A stretch of 64,000 nucleotides of DNA from a virus. The stretch lies in the IMG/VR virus record IMGVR_UViG_3300045988_100207, one strand, 5' to 3'. Positions 17,219-27,700 of the stretch are shown here, piece by piece. Made by a program: the position numbers and the translations under genes. How positions within the stretch are numbered: position 1 is the first letter of the stretch; each line of letters opens with the position of its first letter. The notes below the pieces were generated by a model. That model did no database searches. It had not been told where the DNA came from and worked only from the letters and a program-made list of their open reading frames with translations.

Positions 17219-18037
17219 TTACAAAACTCCTTCCTCCTCAGTTACGATGGCATCGCAAGTGAACACCAGTTTGTCGCTATGTCTTGACCATAGCTTCACC
17301 TTGCAGAAACCGGTATTTACCGGAACTAGAGTAAAGGATCGCCTATCCCTGCATCGGTGTATCTCTATGATACTTGGGTCTTCGCTTCTTGCCTCAATAT
17401 CATCAATCGCTCCATAATTGATCGAGTAGGATAGGGTAGCTTCCTCTCCCTTCTCTAGAGTTATCTCGCCTTCAACGCCCTCACCATTCACCTTTGCGGT
17501 CAGTTCGATTGGATAAGGAACGGTAGGGACCATCGGACAACTCATCACGAAGCACTTCCTAATGGCAATCTCATCTGATGCAAGTGTAGCTTGGTATGGC
17601 TCCGCTTGTTTCAGGTTTGTTGTTTTCAGCCACCACTGGTATATCATGTAGTCCTCCACGTATCTTGCTGACAGCCTTGCCAGTGCGTCGGTCAGCGTTC
17701 CGTTATAACGTCTTGATACTGATAGGGTGAACTCCACTATATCATCCGTTCCGCTTCCATAGTAGATGGCGTTGTCGCCAATAGTCTGAGGCGTTGGCAC
17801 AAGGTAGTCTACGAAGATGGTCTTCAATACTTCCAATGCTGTATCAAAGTCGTGGTTCAGCGTTCTTTCGTGAACCTCATCATCGCCGGCAGCCTCGTTA
17901 AAGCTTACTTTCGCTGCTTTTTCGTCTGCTGCAGTATCTATCTTTGCTTTCAGGTAGGTTGTCGACTTTACTGCCTCCATTACTACCGATTTGATAATTT
18001 GAAATTTTATGATCATAGCTTCTCCTTTTTTAGTCAA
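17219..18037 (-). CDS. structural protein with C-terminal Ig-like (Big_2-type) domain
   Basis: C-terminal ~85 aa beta-rich segment (ITLEKGEEATLSYSI...FTLVPVNTGFCKVKLWS...FTCDAIVTE) typical of phage Ig-like decoration domains. Confidence 0.5.
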   Translation of the reverse strand: MTKKGEAMIIKFQIIKSVVMEAVKSTTYLKAKIDTAADEKAAKVSFNEAAGDDEVHERTLNHDFDTALEVLKTIFVDYLVPTPQTIGDNAIYYGSGTDDIVEFTLSVSRRYNGTLTDALARLSARYVEDYMIYQWWLKTTNLKQAEPYQATLASDEIAIRKCFVMSCPMVPTVPYPIELTAKVNGEGVEGEITLEKGEEATLSYSINYGAIDDIEARSEDPSIIEIHRCRDRRSFTLVPVNTGFCKVKLWSRHSDKLVFTCDAIVTEEEGVL

Positions 18038-18524
18038 TGATTATTTCGCCTGTCATGTCTGCCAGACTCTTGTTGCTGCTTGCCGGTGGGGTCTTGTGAT
18101 AAATCAGCTTGATGGCCGCCGCTATATGGTTCACCATGTCCGCAGCATACTTCTGTGCCAGCTCTGCCTCAGTCATTCCCAATACCGCATTCGATACATA
18201 GGCTATCACATACCCCATGAAGTTGCCTTCAAACGGAACGGTAATACTGTCTTCTCCGTCTGCCCATCTGCTGTTTTCAAACTTAATCACCATCGCGTCC
18301 CCGTTCTTGTAATAGGTTACTTGTGGTGCCAGTTCTGCTACAAATGTTTCTGCCGCAGCGTTGATATACTGCTTCATGATACCTTTCTCTTCCGAAGAAG
18401 ATAGGGTAGTCTTGGCAAACATCGTATCTCCGTTCTTGTCTTTCAGGCGTTTTCCGATGAGAGCGAAGTGTTTGTTCACCTCACTCATCACCTTCTCCAT
18501 TTCTATAGTTATCTGTACTTCCAT
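18030..18524 (-). CDS. hypothetical virion-module protein
   Basis: 164-aa ORF immediately downstream of the portal-like gene. Confidence 0.45.
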   Translation of the reverse strand: MEVQITIEMEKVMSEVNKHFALIGKRLKDKNGDTMFAKTTLSSSEEKGIMKQYINAAAETFVAELAPQVTYYKNGDAMVIKFENSRWADGEDSITVPFEGNFMGYVIAYVSNAVLGMTEAELAQKYAADMVNHIAAAIKLIYHKTPPASSNKSLADMTGEIIID

Positions 18525-18527
18525 ACC

Positions 18528-20561
18528 TTATGCTACTCTGTTATATCCTAATGCACTCTGTGCCTGTGCTACTGCATTCTGGTCTGCACCCTGCACAATT
18601 CCGTTCTCTACCTGACCACCGCCTTGCTGCATAGCCATTGCCTGTTGCTGCTGATACATCTGTTCAAGCTGAGCCTGCTGCTCCTGTACGCTGGCAAGCA
18701 ACTTGTCTGCAAATGGTGCGTTGAGATTCTGCAGATACTGAATGATATTGATACCGCCCATTTCAAGAAGCTTGTCGAGCGTATCGTTTTGCATCGTGTT
18801 GAAGGCTGCCGTAGCTGCTGCATTCTTGATACTGATCTTGAAGTGAATATCTCTTGCCGAAAAACGGTCGTACTTGTAAACCGTATTGAAGTTCCGGTCG
18901 TAAACCCTTCTTCCGTCTTCGTAGTACTGCTGTATAGTCATGCACTTCTTGGTTGCCAGCTTCTCCGTGAACACGTCCATGTCGGCAAGGATGGTATACA
19001 GAGACGTGGTTGCATTCTGGCTTTCCTGTGCATATCTGGCTGCCGAAGTTCCTGCCGATGGGGTCTTACCCTGCAAAGCACCGCTCACGTTGGTAACCTC
19101 TCGAATCAGGTTCAGTTCTATCTGCAAGAGTTCATTGGTACCAATATTCACGGCATTCGATGTAATAATTTCTGGCTTCACATTCGGTGTCTTCACCGAT
19201 GGCTTGTAGAATATCCATCCGTCATACTCTACCGCCTCTTCCATAAACTGCTCTGGCGTTCTGCCGTTAAGCACATTCGTAGGAATCATCTTGAATCCCT
19301 TGAAACTGCTTCTGATGGCCATGTCGTTCATTACAATCAGTCGGTTGATGTATCGCTGCTGGTCTATGATGTTGGCAAGGAATGGATGAATCTCTCCGTT
19401 GATATACGGATAGAGTTTCATCGTGAAAGGATGGCTCTTATAATCGTATGGTGTTTCGCCCTGGCAGAGGATAGTTCCGTCTGGCGCCATGTAGGTATAA
19501 TACCAGTACTTATCTGCAATCTCTTCGCTAGTGATGTACGCTCTGTCTTCTTCCGCTATACCCATTTCGTCATACTGCTGCTTGCGCTTCATATTGTCGT
19601 TGCGCAGCTTCTGTATCATCGCAGTATCATCCAAATCTATGCGGAAGTAAGCACCGGTTCCTGTGGTCGCAATCGGGTCAAAGCATTGCAGTCTTGGCTT
19701 GGTTTCCGTGGTCCACACCTCAATCACTCTAGAGTAATGTCTTCCCTTGTTGCTATGGTCAAAACTGAGATTCTCCAACGCCTTCTCTTCGTTAAACTCA
19801 TAGCCGTAGCTGTTATCGTCCGAAGGATAAATATCAAAGATGGCGTTCAGATCTTCTTCTGTAAGCCCATATTCCTGTTTGGAAAACTTCTGATACAAGT
19901 CTTCTCGGCTCACGTCATGCAGCACACCGATAAGGCTCACGTCGTTGTGTCGTGGGTCGCTACCGCATTCAAAAAACATGTGGTCGGGTTCCATCGCGTC
20001 TGTCCATGAGTCGGGCATTTCAAGTTCCTTCGCCTCCCAACTCTCCCTGACAAACATCTGACCGCCCATCAGGTAGTCTTTAATGGCGTGGTTTAGCACA
20101 TCTTGCATGTACGTTGTCTGCCAGTTGCATTGCATCGTGGCACTCATCATGTCGCTCAGTTGTCGGGAGTCGCTGTCTCTTGCAAAGCAGACAGGTTCCG
20201 TTCCCTGCTTGGCATAAAGACCGGCAATAGATTCCAGAATGCTCACCATGATGTTGTTGCTCATAGGTGTCTGGTTGCGCTTCTCCATATAGGTACGCTC
20301 CGTCATTTCCTCCCAGTAGCCATGATGGTATACTCTGATGGTGTCGCTCCATTGGTCGCCCATACAGTAGCGCATCGTTCTCGCCCTCGTTTCTCGCACA
20401 CCGCTCAGGTTATTCCAAGCATTTCTGCATCGGCTGAGTAACTCCTCGTCCTTGCCGTGTTCTTGTCTTCGCTTGCGAGCCTTAACCGAGTCATACTTGT
20501 TATGTTGAGGCATCACTTTGCTAAGTGTCAGTATTCTTGCCTTTACCATTTTCTTATACAT
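18528..20561 (-). CDS. portal protein (putative)
   Basis: 677 aa, first gene of the late operon that contains terL; Q-rich C-terminal tail; assignment by size and position, no search possible. Confidence 0.55.
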   Translation of the reverse strand: MYKKMVKARILTLSKVMPQHNKYDSVKARKRRQEHGKDEELLSRCRNAWNNLSGVRETRARTMRYCMGDQWSDTIRVYHHGYWEEMTERTYMEKRNQTPMSNNIMVSILESIAGLYAKQGTEPVCFARDSDSRQLSDMMSATMQCNWQTTYMQDVLNHAIKDYLMGGQMFVRESWEAKELEMPDSWTDAMEPDHMFFECGSDPRHNDVSLIGVLHDVSREDLYQKFSKQEYGLTEEDLNAIFDIYPSDDNSYGYEFNEEKALENLSFDHSNKGRHYSRVIEVWTTETKPRLQCFDPIATTGTGAYFRIDLDDTAMIQKLRNDNMKRKQQYDEMGIAEEDRAYITSEEIADKYWYYTYMAPDGTILCQGETPYDYKSHPFTMKLYPYINGEIHPFLANIIDQQRYINRLIVMNDMAIRSSFKGFKMIPTNVLNGRTPEQFMEEAVEYDGWIFYKPSVKTPNVKPEIITSNAVNIGTNELLQIELNLIREVTNVSGALQGKTPSAGTSAARYAQESQNATTSLYTILADMDVFTEKLATKKCMTIQQYYEDGRRVYDRNFNTVYKYDRFSARDIHFKISIKNAAATAAFNTMQNDTLDKLLEMGGINIIQYLQNLNAPFADKLLASVQEQQAQLEQMYQQQQAMAMQQGGGQVENGIVQGADQNAVAQAQSALGYNRVA

Positions 20562-20576
20562 TATTAATTATAGGCG

Positions 20577-20618
20577 CAAAAATAGGCAAAAACATGGCTT
20601 TCTTTGCCGTGTTCCAAC
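20577..20618 (-). promoter_or_regulatory. late promoter (portal-terL operon): GTTGGAACACGGCAAAG-N17-TATTTTTG
   Basis: Element at 20602-20618 (complement), -7 box at 20577-20584 (complement), ATG at 20561. Confidence 0.6.
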
Positions 20619-20635
20619 CAACCGCCAAGCGCAAG

Positions 20636-20677
20636 GTTGGAGCACGGCAAAACTTCTTCAAATTATTTGCATTTTTG
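20636..20677 (+). promoter_or_regulatory. late promoter (scaffold-capsid-fibre operon): GTTGGAGCACGGCAAAA-N17-CATTTTTG
   Basis: Element at 20636-20652, -7-like box at 20670-20677, ATG at 20708. Confidence 0.55.
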
Positions 20678-20707
20678 CCGAAAAGTTTCAAACAGTATTA
20701 TAGAGAT

Positions 20708-21496
20708 ATGACAAAAGAAGAATTAGCACAGATGAATGAGGAAGGTGGCGCACAACAGGCTCCACCTGCTGAGGCTGCTACAGATGAAACGTCTGTAGAT
20801 GAGCGCCCTAATCGTACAGCTTTCTCCAAGCGCTTCTCTAATCGCCATTCTGACATCGACTTCGAAGACAAGGAAGCTCGTTATGCGGCAATGAATGATG
20901 ATGCTGATTTGCTCGGACGATACGAGGAAAGCGGTAAGGCGTTGTCTAAGGTATTCGATAAGCACAAGTGGCTCGCTGCTCTGGCGATGGATATGGAGAA
21001 GAATCCGGACGATAATCCGTTTGATGCGATGGCTCGCATGGGTATTGACGTTAAAACCTTGCTTGATGATCCTGAAGGCGGCAAGAAACTCGCTGAGATT
21101 CTCGCCAAGCACAACGAGGACGTGGCTGAACAGAATGAGGCTACCGAGAAGGTTACTGCCAACATGCGCAAGTCGCTTGAACGCCTGATGAAGCTCTATC
21201 CCGATGATGCACAGGATATGTGGTCCCAGATTTACGAGATTCACGACAAGGTAGAGAGTGGCGATATTTCAGATGATATTTGGAAGATGCTCCACAATGC
21301 CAACAACTACGATTCTGATATTTCCTCTGCCCGTGACGAGGCGGCTATGCAAGCCCGAAACGAAAAGATTCAGAATAAGGTTCGCTCTTCCAGCACAGAA
21401 GGTATTCCTCCTTCTCTTTCTAGTTCTGGCGCAGGAAATAAACCGGCAAAGAAACAGAAACGTGAAAGTTTCTTTGATGATATTAGAAGTAATTAA
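20708..21496 (+). CDS. scaffolding-like protein
   Basis: Track ORF trimmed to ATG 20708 (upstream part spans the promoters); 262 aa, acidic, helical, directly upstream of the capsid-like gene. Confidence 0.5.
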   Translation: MTKEELAQMNEEGGAQQAPPAEAATDETSVDERPNRTAFSKRFSNRHSDIDFEDKEARYAAMNDDADLLGRYEESGKALSKVFDKHKWLAALAMDMEKNPDDNPFDAMARMGIDVKTLLDDPEGGKKLAEILAKHNEDVAEQNEATEKVTANMRKSLERLMKLYPDDAQDMWSQIYEIHDKVESGDISDDIWKMLHNANNYDSDISSARDEAAMQARNEKIQNKVRSSSTEGIPPSLSSSGAGNKPAKKQKRESFFDDIRSN

Positions 21497-21507
21497 TCCA
21501 TTAATAT

Positions 21508-23217
21508 ATGTATAAAATGAAGAAAAATTGTTTTAAGAATTTTATGAGTGGTCAGTTCGTCTTTAAGATGATTCTGATGCTTCTTGCCGTAGTTACCGGT
21601 GGTGGCGTAATGGCAACGGCAGACCTTGTAGAGCCGCAGATTGGCAACGAGGGAGTAAATCCTGCAGACAAAGAGACTGTTGCCCAAAAAGAGCCAGTAG
21701 ACCCTAATGTTAACGACAGACTTAGCCCTGGTGGAAAAAAAGATGGTCAAGACCTTACAGGCTCCCAGGCTTCTAGTACACAGCTTCGTGAGGGTGGTCT
21801 GCTTGATAAGGAGTGGGATAGTGAGATAGTTAAGTTCTATCCTTTCAAGACACCGCTTCTTTCTATTGTTCGCCGTATGGCAAAAACAGTAAATATTAAG
21901 AACTGGTCAATCTCGCATCAGCGTGTTGGTGGCGAAACTCTTGATGGACAGACTATTCAGAGAATTGAAACTGCTGACACCATCGAGATTAATTCAACGA
22001 ACTTCTCTGGTTCTATTCGCCCATTCTATAAAGGCACTACTGTTTTTGCTTCTGGTGTTCCCGGTTATGCTGCTGGCTCACAGACCAAGACAGAGGGTAC
22101 ACTGATGCTTTATGTAATTGAGGCTAACGGTAAAAAAGCGGTTATGCAGGCTGTCAACGGAAAGCCGAAGGTTAGTGGAGACTCAAGAGACAATCTTGAC
22201 AACATGACTTGCCCGGAAATCCCTGTTGGAACAACGTTCCTTGCTGGTGCATCTGCAGCTTCTGAGTCTCAGCTCACCATTACACCAGAAAACTTCCAGC
22301 CACGCGAGAAAGAAGTGTATGTTCAGAAGAAACTCTTGAACATCGTATTTACAGATGACTACGAGAAGGTAAAGAAGGAGCAGCCTATTACAGTTGCCGA
22401 CTTAAAGACCGATGCTATCATCAAGTATAACCTACGTGCAGAGCGTACTTATTTGCTTGGATGCAAGTCTCGCTTCAAGGCAGAGACCGGCGACGGACAG
22501 ATTGAAGATGTCTATACCTCTGAGGGTATCATCAATCAGCTCACCAACACATACTCCATCGGTGATACTTATACGCTTGGCGATTTGATTGCTATTTCCA
22601 AACTCCAGTTCACGGAATTCTCCGAGAATGATCGTTGTTTTGCCTTCTGTGGTAAGAATGCTATCGAACGTTTGGAGAATATCAAGTTGGAGGGAAGCCA
22701 TCAGAACGACTTCATTAATCACAACGAGTTCGACCTTACCTTCAAGCGATTCAAAGACACCTTCGGCTCTATTGATTTTGTTTGGACTCAGACTCTCGAT
22801 CTCTTGGGTATGTCAGACTTTATGGTTATCTTCGACCCTAAGGCTTCTCGCCGATACGTCAAGATTGGCAAGAAGGAGCAGACCAATGATATGTCTAAGG
22901 GAGGTGGCGAGGTTCGTGACGCTAAGCGTTGGATTCATCAGGAGGCAGATAGTGTGGCACTTCGTGGTTACAACTCAATCTTGGTTGGTCCTGCTGATAA
23001 GATTGCTAAGATTGCCACAGAGTCACTTAATGCCATCATTTCTGCTAAGGAACTTCCTAAGAATCCATCAAAGGGTATGAAGGTTGCGCTCACGCAAAAC
23101 TACACCTTAAAGGGTACTAATTCTCCTACTGATGATGTCAAGTATGAGGCAGGTACAGTTTTATACTACACTGGCACCGCTTGGGCTATCTATGCTGGTC
23201 AAGATACAGCGCAGTAA
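21508..23217 (+). CDS. major capsid protein (putative)
   Basis: 569 aa following the scaffold-like gene and followed by a strong hairpin terminator; assignment positional. Confidence 0.55.
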   Translation: MYKMKKNCFKNFMSGQFVFKMILMLLAVVTGGGVMATADLVEPQIGNEGVNPADKETVAQKEPVDPNVNDRLSPGGKKDGQDLTGSQASSTQLREGGLLDKEWDSEIVKFYPFKTPLLSIVRRMAKTVNIKNWSISHQRVGGETLDGQTIQRIETADTIEINSTNFSGSIRPFYKGTTVFASGVPGYAAGSQTKTEGTLMLYVIEANGKKAVMQAVNGKPKVSGDSRDNLDNMTCPEIPVGTTFLAGASAASESQLTITPENFQPREKEVYVQKKLLNIVFTDDYEKVKKEQPITVADLKTDAIIKYNLRAERTYLLGCKSRFKAETGDGQIEDVYTSEGIINQLTNTYSIGDTYTLGDLIAISKLQFTEFSENDRCFAFCGKNAIERLENIKLEGSHQNDFINHNEFDLTFKRFKDTFGSIDFVWTQTLDLLGMSDFMVIFDPKASRRYVKIGKKEQTNDMSKGGGEVRDAKRWIHQEADSVALRGYNSILVGPADKIAKIATESLNAIISAKELPKNPSKGMKVALTQNYTLKGTNSPTDDVKYEAGTVLYYTGTAWAIYAGQDTAQ

Positions 23218-23237
23218 ATTATCACTATAAACCATCG

Positions 23238-23266
23238 GTGGGCAGGTGCATCTTGCTCTGCCCACC
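23238..23266 (+). terminator. hairpin terminator/attenuator after the capsid-like gene
   Basis: GGTGGGCAG (23238-23246) pairs with CTGCCCACC (23258-23266), then ATTTAT. Confidence 0.6.
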
Positions 23267-23283
23267 ATTTATAAAGAATAAAT

Positions 23284-23745
23284 ATGATTAAGACATATAA
23301 AGCACGAGTAAATCAAAATAGCATTAGCTATCTGCTTTCAGGTAAGCAGGGTAATCAGGTTCGCTATCCTTTCGCAAATGGTAATGTAATTATAAACAAA
23401 TATCCTTCACTTACGTTGCGAAACCGATACTGTCAGGAACTTCTTGAGTCTAGCTTGCTTTTTGCCAACAATACTATTATTCTCGACCATGAGGAAGAAG
23501 AGTACCCTGGCGAAAAGGCTAAACTTGAAGAGGAAAAGAATGCCGCATTAAAGTCAACCGTAGATGAGCCGGAAAAGAAGACTACAAAAAAGTCACAGAA
23601 AGAGGAGGTAGCAGGCATCCGTACAGCGGAAGAAGTTATTAATTACATAAACAACCGTTTTGACAAGGATTGCAGAACCCTTGAAACTGCCATGAAGCAT
23701 GCAGACAAGGCTGGTCTTATTTTCCCTGATTACGGCAAGCAGTAA
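23284..23745 (+). CDS. hypothetical structural-module protein
   Basis: 153 aa with central E/K-rich linker. Confidence 0.5.
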   Translation: MIKTYKARVNQNSISYLLSGKQGNQVRYPFANGNVIINKYPSLTLRNRYCQELLESSLLFANNTIILDHEEEEYPGEKAKLEEEKNAALKSTVDEPEKKTTKKSQKEEVAGIRTAEEVINYINNRFDKDCRTLETAMKHADKAGLIFPDYGKQ

Positions 23746-23762
23746 TATATAATAAGGTGTAA

Positions 23763-24422
23763 ATGAGTATAGAGGAAATCATAAAGGCAGTTCGTTGGTG
23801 CATAGACGAGGAATCCAACAACACATCGGAAATCACCGATGAGAAGGATGATTTGTATATGGACAACATCATCAAGTCGAAGATAAACGATGCGCTGCAT
23901 TGGATAGCTATTACTGCTGCATCTTCGCCTGTCCTGTCCGATTCCAAGAGTATAGGCTCGACTTCCGACACAATTCAGGTGTCCGATTTTGATTCTAATC
24001 GTAACATCGGTGTTATCACCATGCCTTCCAATATGGAGATTATTACCATCAACCGCATTCGTGGCGCTTCTTGGTATAAGGCAGTCGCCCCAGTAGAGGA
24101 CACCGATGACGAAGCTCTTATGATGTACGACGATACCGCAAATGGTACCATTGATCGCCCACAGGCTGCCATCATGCGAGAGAATCCAATCAAGATCCTC
24201 ATGCAGCCCAAGACTTCAACGGCGGTTATTACCTATGTGGGCGTACCTAAGTCTGTGAGCACAGACGCTTCCACAACAGATGTTTCCATTCCGGACAAAC
24301 TAAAGAATGCTTTCATCTATTATATCGCCTTTCTGCTCCTCTCAGCCTACGATGATACCAAGGCCAGCCAGATGTACACCATCGCCCTGCAACAGCTAGG
24401 CGTAAATCAAACCTCAAAATAA
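23763..24422 (+). CDS. head-tail connector/completion-like protein
   Basis: 219 aa; helical N- and C-terminal segments (AFIYYIAFLLLSAYDD...) resembling gp6-like connectors; weak. Confidence 0.4.
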   Translation: MSIEEIIKAVRWCIDEESNNTSEITDEKDDLYMDNIIKSKINDALHWIAITAASSPVLSDSKSIGSTSDTIQVSDFDSNRNIGVITMPSNMEIITINRIRGASWYKAVAPVEDTDDEALMMYDDTANGTIDRPQAAIMRENPIKILMQPKTSTAVITYVGVPKSVSTDASTTDVSIPDKLKNAFIYYIAFLLLSAYDDTKASQMYTIALQQLGVNQTSK

Positions 24423-24429
24423 AGACGAT

Positions 24430-24708
24430 ATGGAGAATGTAACAGCCACATACGATGCCAATGAACTTGCGTGGGTAACTCCAATCCTTACTCTTCGCCG
24501 TGATATTTTCCTAAGAATCACGCTAAGGGAAAAAGGAAAGGTGGTTATCCGTCAGTCAGATGATAAGGGAAATTTCCCTCGCGTCCCGATACGTCGCCAC
24601 AAGGACACCCAGTCCTTCGAGTTCCGTATCTCGGTCATTCCCGATACCGTCCAAATTCAAATATTCACTTCTACAGAACCAAAAGAAATAAAATATGCCT
24701 ACATTTAG
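24430..24708 (+). CDS. hypothetical structural-module protein
   Basis: 92-aa ORF overlapping the fibre gene start by 14 nt. Confidence 0.45.
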   Translation: MENVTATYDANELAWVTPILTLRRDIFLRITLREKGKVVIRQSDDKGNFPRVPIRRHKDTQSFEFRISVIPDTVQIQIFTSTEPKEIKYAYI

Positions 24709-27700
24709 ACAAGATAATAAGTTAGGAGATTCCGTTCCTTTGATTAAAACTCCAGACATTGGAGACAAACAAGTTACGGAAAGAAAACTTGCTGATGGTT
24801 CAGTAACATCAAGCAAGTTGAGTACAGAGATAGCAAATATGTTATCTCTGCTTACTACACGTATATCGGCATTCAAGGTAGCAGATAATCTTTCTTCTTT
24901 GCCAACAGAAGAAAATACAATAGGCTGGCTCGTCGATAACCATCTTTATGTTTACGTTGGTAATGGCTCGACTCCAGAGTCAGGTATGTATCAAGATTGT
25001 GGTGAGTTGCGTGGTCCGCAAGGAATCCAAGGAGAGCAAGGCTTGTCTGGTCTAAACGGAAAGTCTGCTTATGATATTTGGACTGAGCAGCCTGGCAATG
25101 AAGATAAATCTGAAATCGATTTCTTGGAGTTCACCAGAGGAAGCAAAGGTGATAAGGGCGATCAAGGTGAACGTGGCTATGATATTTCAAATATTGAACA
25201 GATTGTTAAATCCACAGAGGATGGAGGAAAGAACATTATCCGTGTCACTCGTTCTGACGGATGGAGTAAAGTCTTTGAAATTTTCAATGGATCGAAAGGT
25301 TCAAAGGGTGATAAGGGAACATCTATTGTTAAGTTAGAGCAGACAAGAAAAACTACAGAATCTTCTGGTCTCAATACAATAGAGGCAACACTAGGTGATG
25401 GTACTAAAGAATCCTTCGAAATATACAATGGCGCAAAGGGAGAACAAGGCAACAAAGGAGAAAAAGGAGACAAGGGTGATCAAGGCGAAATCGGACCTCA
25501 GGGCAATAGTGGTATCGCTGATGCGAGCAACAAGACCCTAGTCAATGATGCTATAACTGGTGGAGAGACCGACTTTCTTTCAGCCGAGGTAGGCAAGCTA
25601 GGCATCCTAACCTACGACTGCTCAAAAGGTGGAACCGTAACCCATACTACTCTCCAAGATGCCATCAACTCGGTTCCTACCACATTTCAGAAGGTAGGTC
25701 TCACCATCACCTACAAATCAGGTAATACCATCTACCGCTATACTTTAAAGGCAAATACATGGTCAGCAGACCCAGCAAACTGGTTTTCTGTAGAAGATAA
25801 ACTCAACGACTTAGAAACCAAGGCAGTTTCTTTCATCGAAAAAAAAGGTGCAGTATCTGCTAGAACAGGTGCGATACAAGAGGCTTATTTAACATATCGT
25901 TATGTTGAAATTGATGTTAGTCAAATACGCAAGCTTCGCCTTAAAGGAAAAAACACAAATGGTGCATTAGGATATGCAGTTTTTGATGCTGAAGATAATT
26001 ATATAAAAGCTGAAGGAGATACATATAATTTATCGACTTTCTCTGATCTTGATATAACATTCTCAGACGAAGCAAAAAAACTAAGGGTTTGCTATGATGT
26101 TAATGGAGTTAAAGAAAATCAGAAAATAAACATACTGGAAACAAAAAATGATTCCTTAACAGATGTAATAAACCAATCAGCAAAGCAGTCATTTTCTTTA
26201 GGAAGCATCGCTGATACTATTAAAGGCAAATTTATTAATTCGTCAGGAGTGTTGTCTGATAATCAATCATACGACACAAAGTACTTTGCTGTAAAAAAAG
26301 GAGATAAAGTTCAAATTGAAAATTATGTAAAAGGAAATACTGGTAATTCACCTATTTCGTTTGTTTTAAACAAAGAGGTGTTGTTACATACTTCTTCTGT
26401 ACTTAATATCAATGCGGCTAACTCAACTAATTATGTTGCAGCTCCACAGGATTGCCTTTGTTATATTCCAAGATATAACTCATCTGATAGCGGTGAAGCA
26501 ATAGTTAATATAATTCATTCTTCACTTGTTGATTTCGTTGAAGATGTGCAGAAAGACAATATATCAGATATAGCATTAATCAAAGATAATTCTTTGTCTC
26601 TTGATAATAGGTATCAATACAAAGTAGGAAAGAGAATTGTAAATGGAATATTAGTTGCAGGCAATACCTTAACTTTCTATGATGATACCTTTTATAAGGC
26701 TAAAAAGGGGGAGGTTCTTTCGTTTAAGGATGTATATAACAGTAATATTTCTATAGATTTAGTTTCTATATATTCAAATGCTACAGAGGACTCTTATATT
26801 AAGTCTTTATATGTTATAAAAGCGAATAGCACTCAATCAAAGCAGTCTGATGTTAGAATAGAAATACCACAAGATTGTTTCTTTAGAATAGCTACAGCTT
26901 CAAATACACAGGCAGAATGCCCACTAAAAGTATATAGAACTGTCCCACTTTATGATGTAGTAAGTGCTGTTAATAAAGAGTTAAATGGATTTGAAGATAC
27001 ATATAAAGAAGAAAAGACTATTCAGATTCCACTGGTAGTTGAAACTAATCATATATCTAAGTACTACAAGTGCTCGGATAAATGCTTGATTATCTGTGAC
27101 GATTTTACGCATAATAATAATGTTTTAAGATACCATACTATTAAAGATGACTCCGCTTCTATACAAACCATAAATATAGGGGTAAGAGGTCATTTTGAGT
27201 ACACCCCACCTCAGAATGCAAAATATTTTTCAATAAAATTAACAGAAAGGTTAGACAGTGAAACCGGCAAGGTAAAAGTAATAGTACCAAGTAATTTTTA
27301 TTATACTGAACTTGGAGAGGCAGATGGGGCAGCAGCAAAGCCTATAGTTATAAGTGGAGACTCTGTTGCTGGTAATTTGCAGAGTAAATTTGTTTCAACT
27401 CTTATAAATGGAGAAACTTCTATTTTTGGCAAGGCAGTAGGTTCTGAGGGTCCTTGGAGTACAATGATGAGAATGGGATGGGCACCATGTATGGTATTCC
27501 CATTTACTATTCCTGCAAGCAATAAATATGGTGTTAATGTTGATATGATTTGCAATATGCACTATAAGCCAGCAATCAAAGCAGATGGTACAAGTGGATT
27601 CACTATTACAGATAGAATGACACAGGTAGATTTTCTTGTATCAATATGGAAAACTACGACAGACGGTAAGCCTTACATATCTTTTGCTGGATTTGACTGC

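Noticed and set aside
18624-20009. 461-aa + strand ORF
   Set aside because: It is antisense to the portal-like gene. Its composition is shadow-like (L/H/V/R-rich) and it has no promoter context.
20525-20707. N-terminal extension of the scaffold-like ORF (track start 20525)
   Set aside because: It runs through both divergent late promoters and the inverted repeat. ATG 20708 lies downstream of the -7 box.
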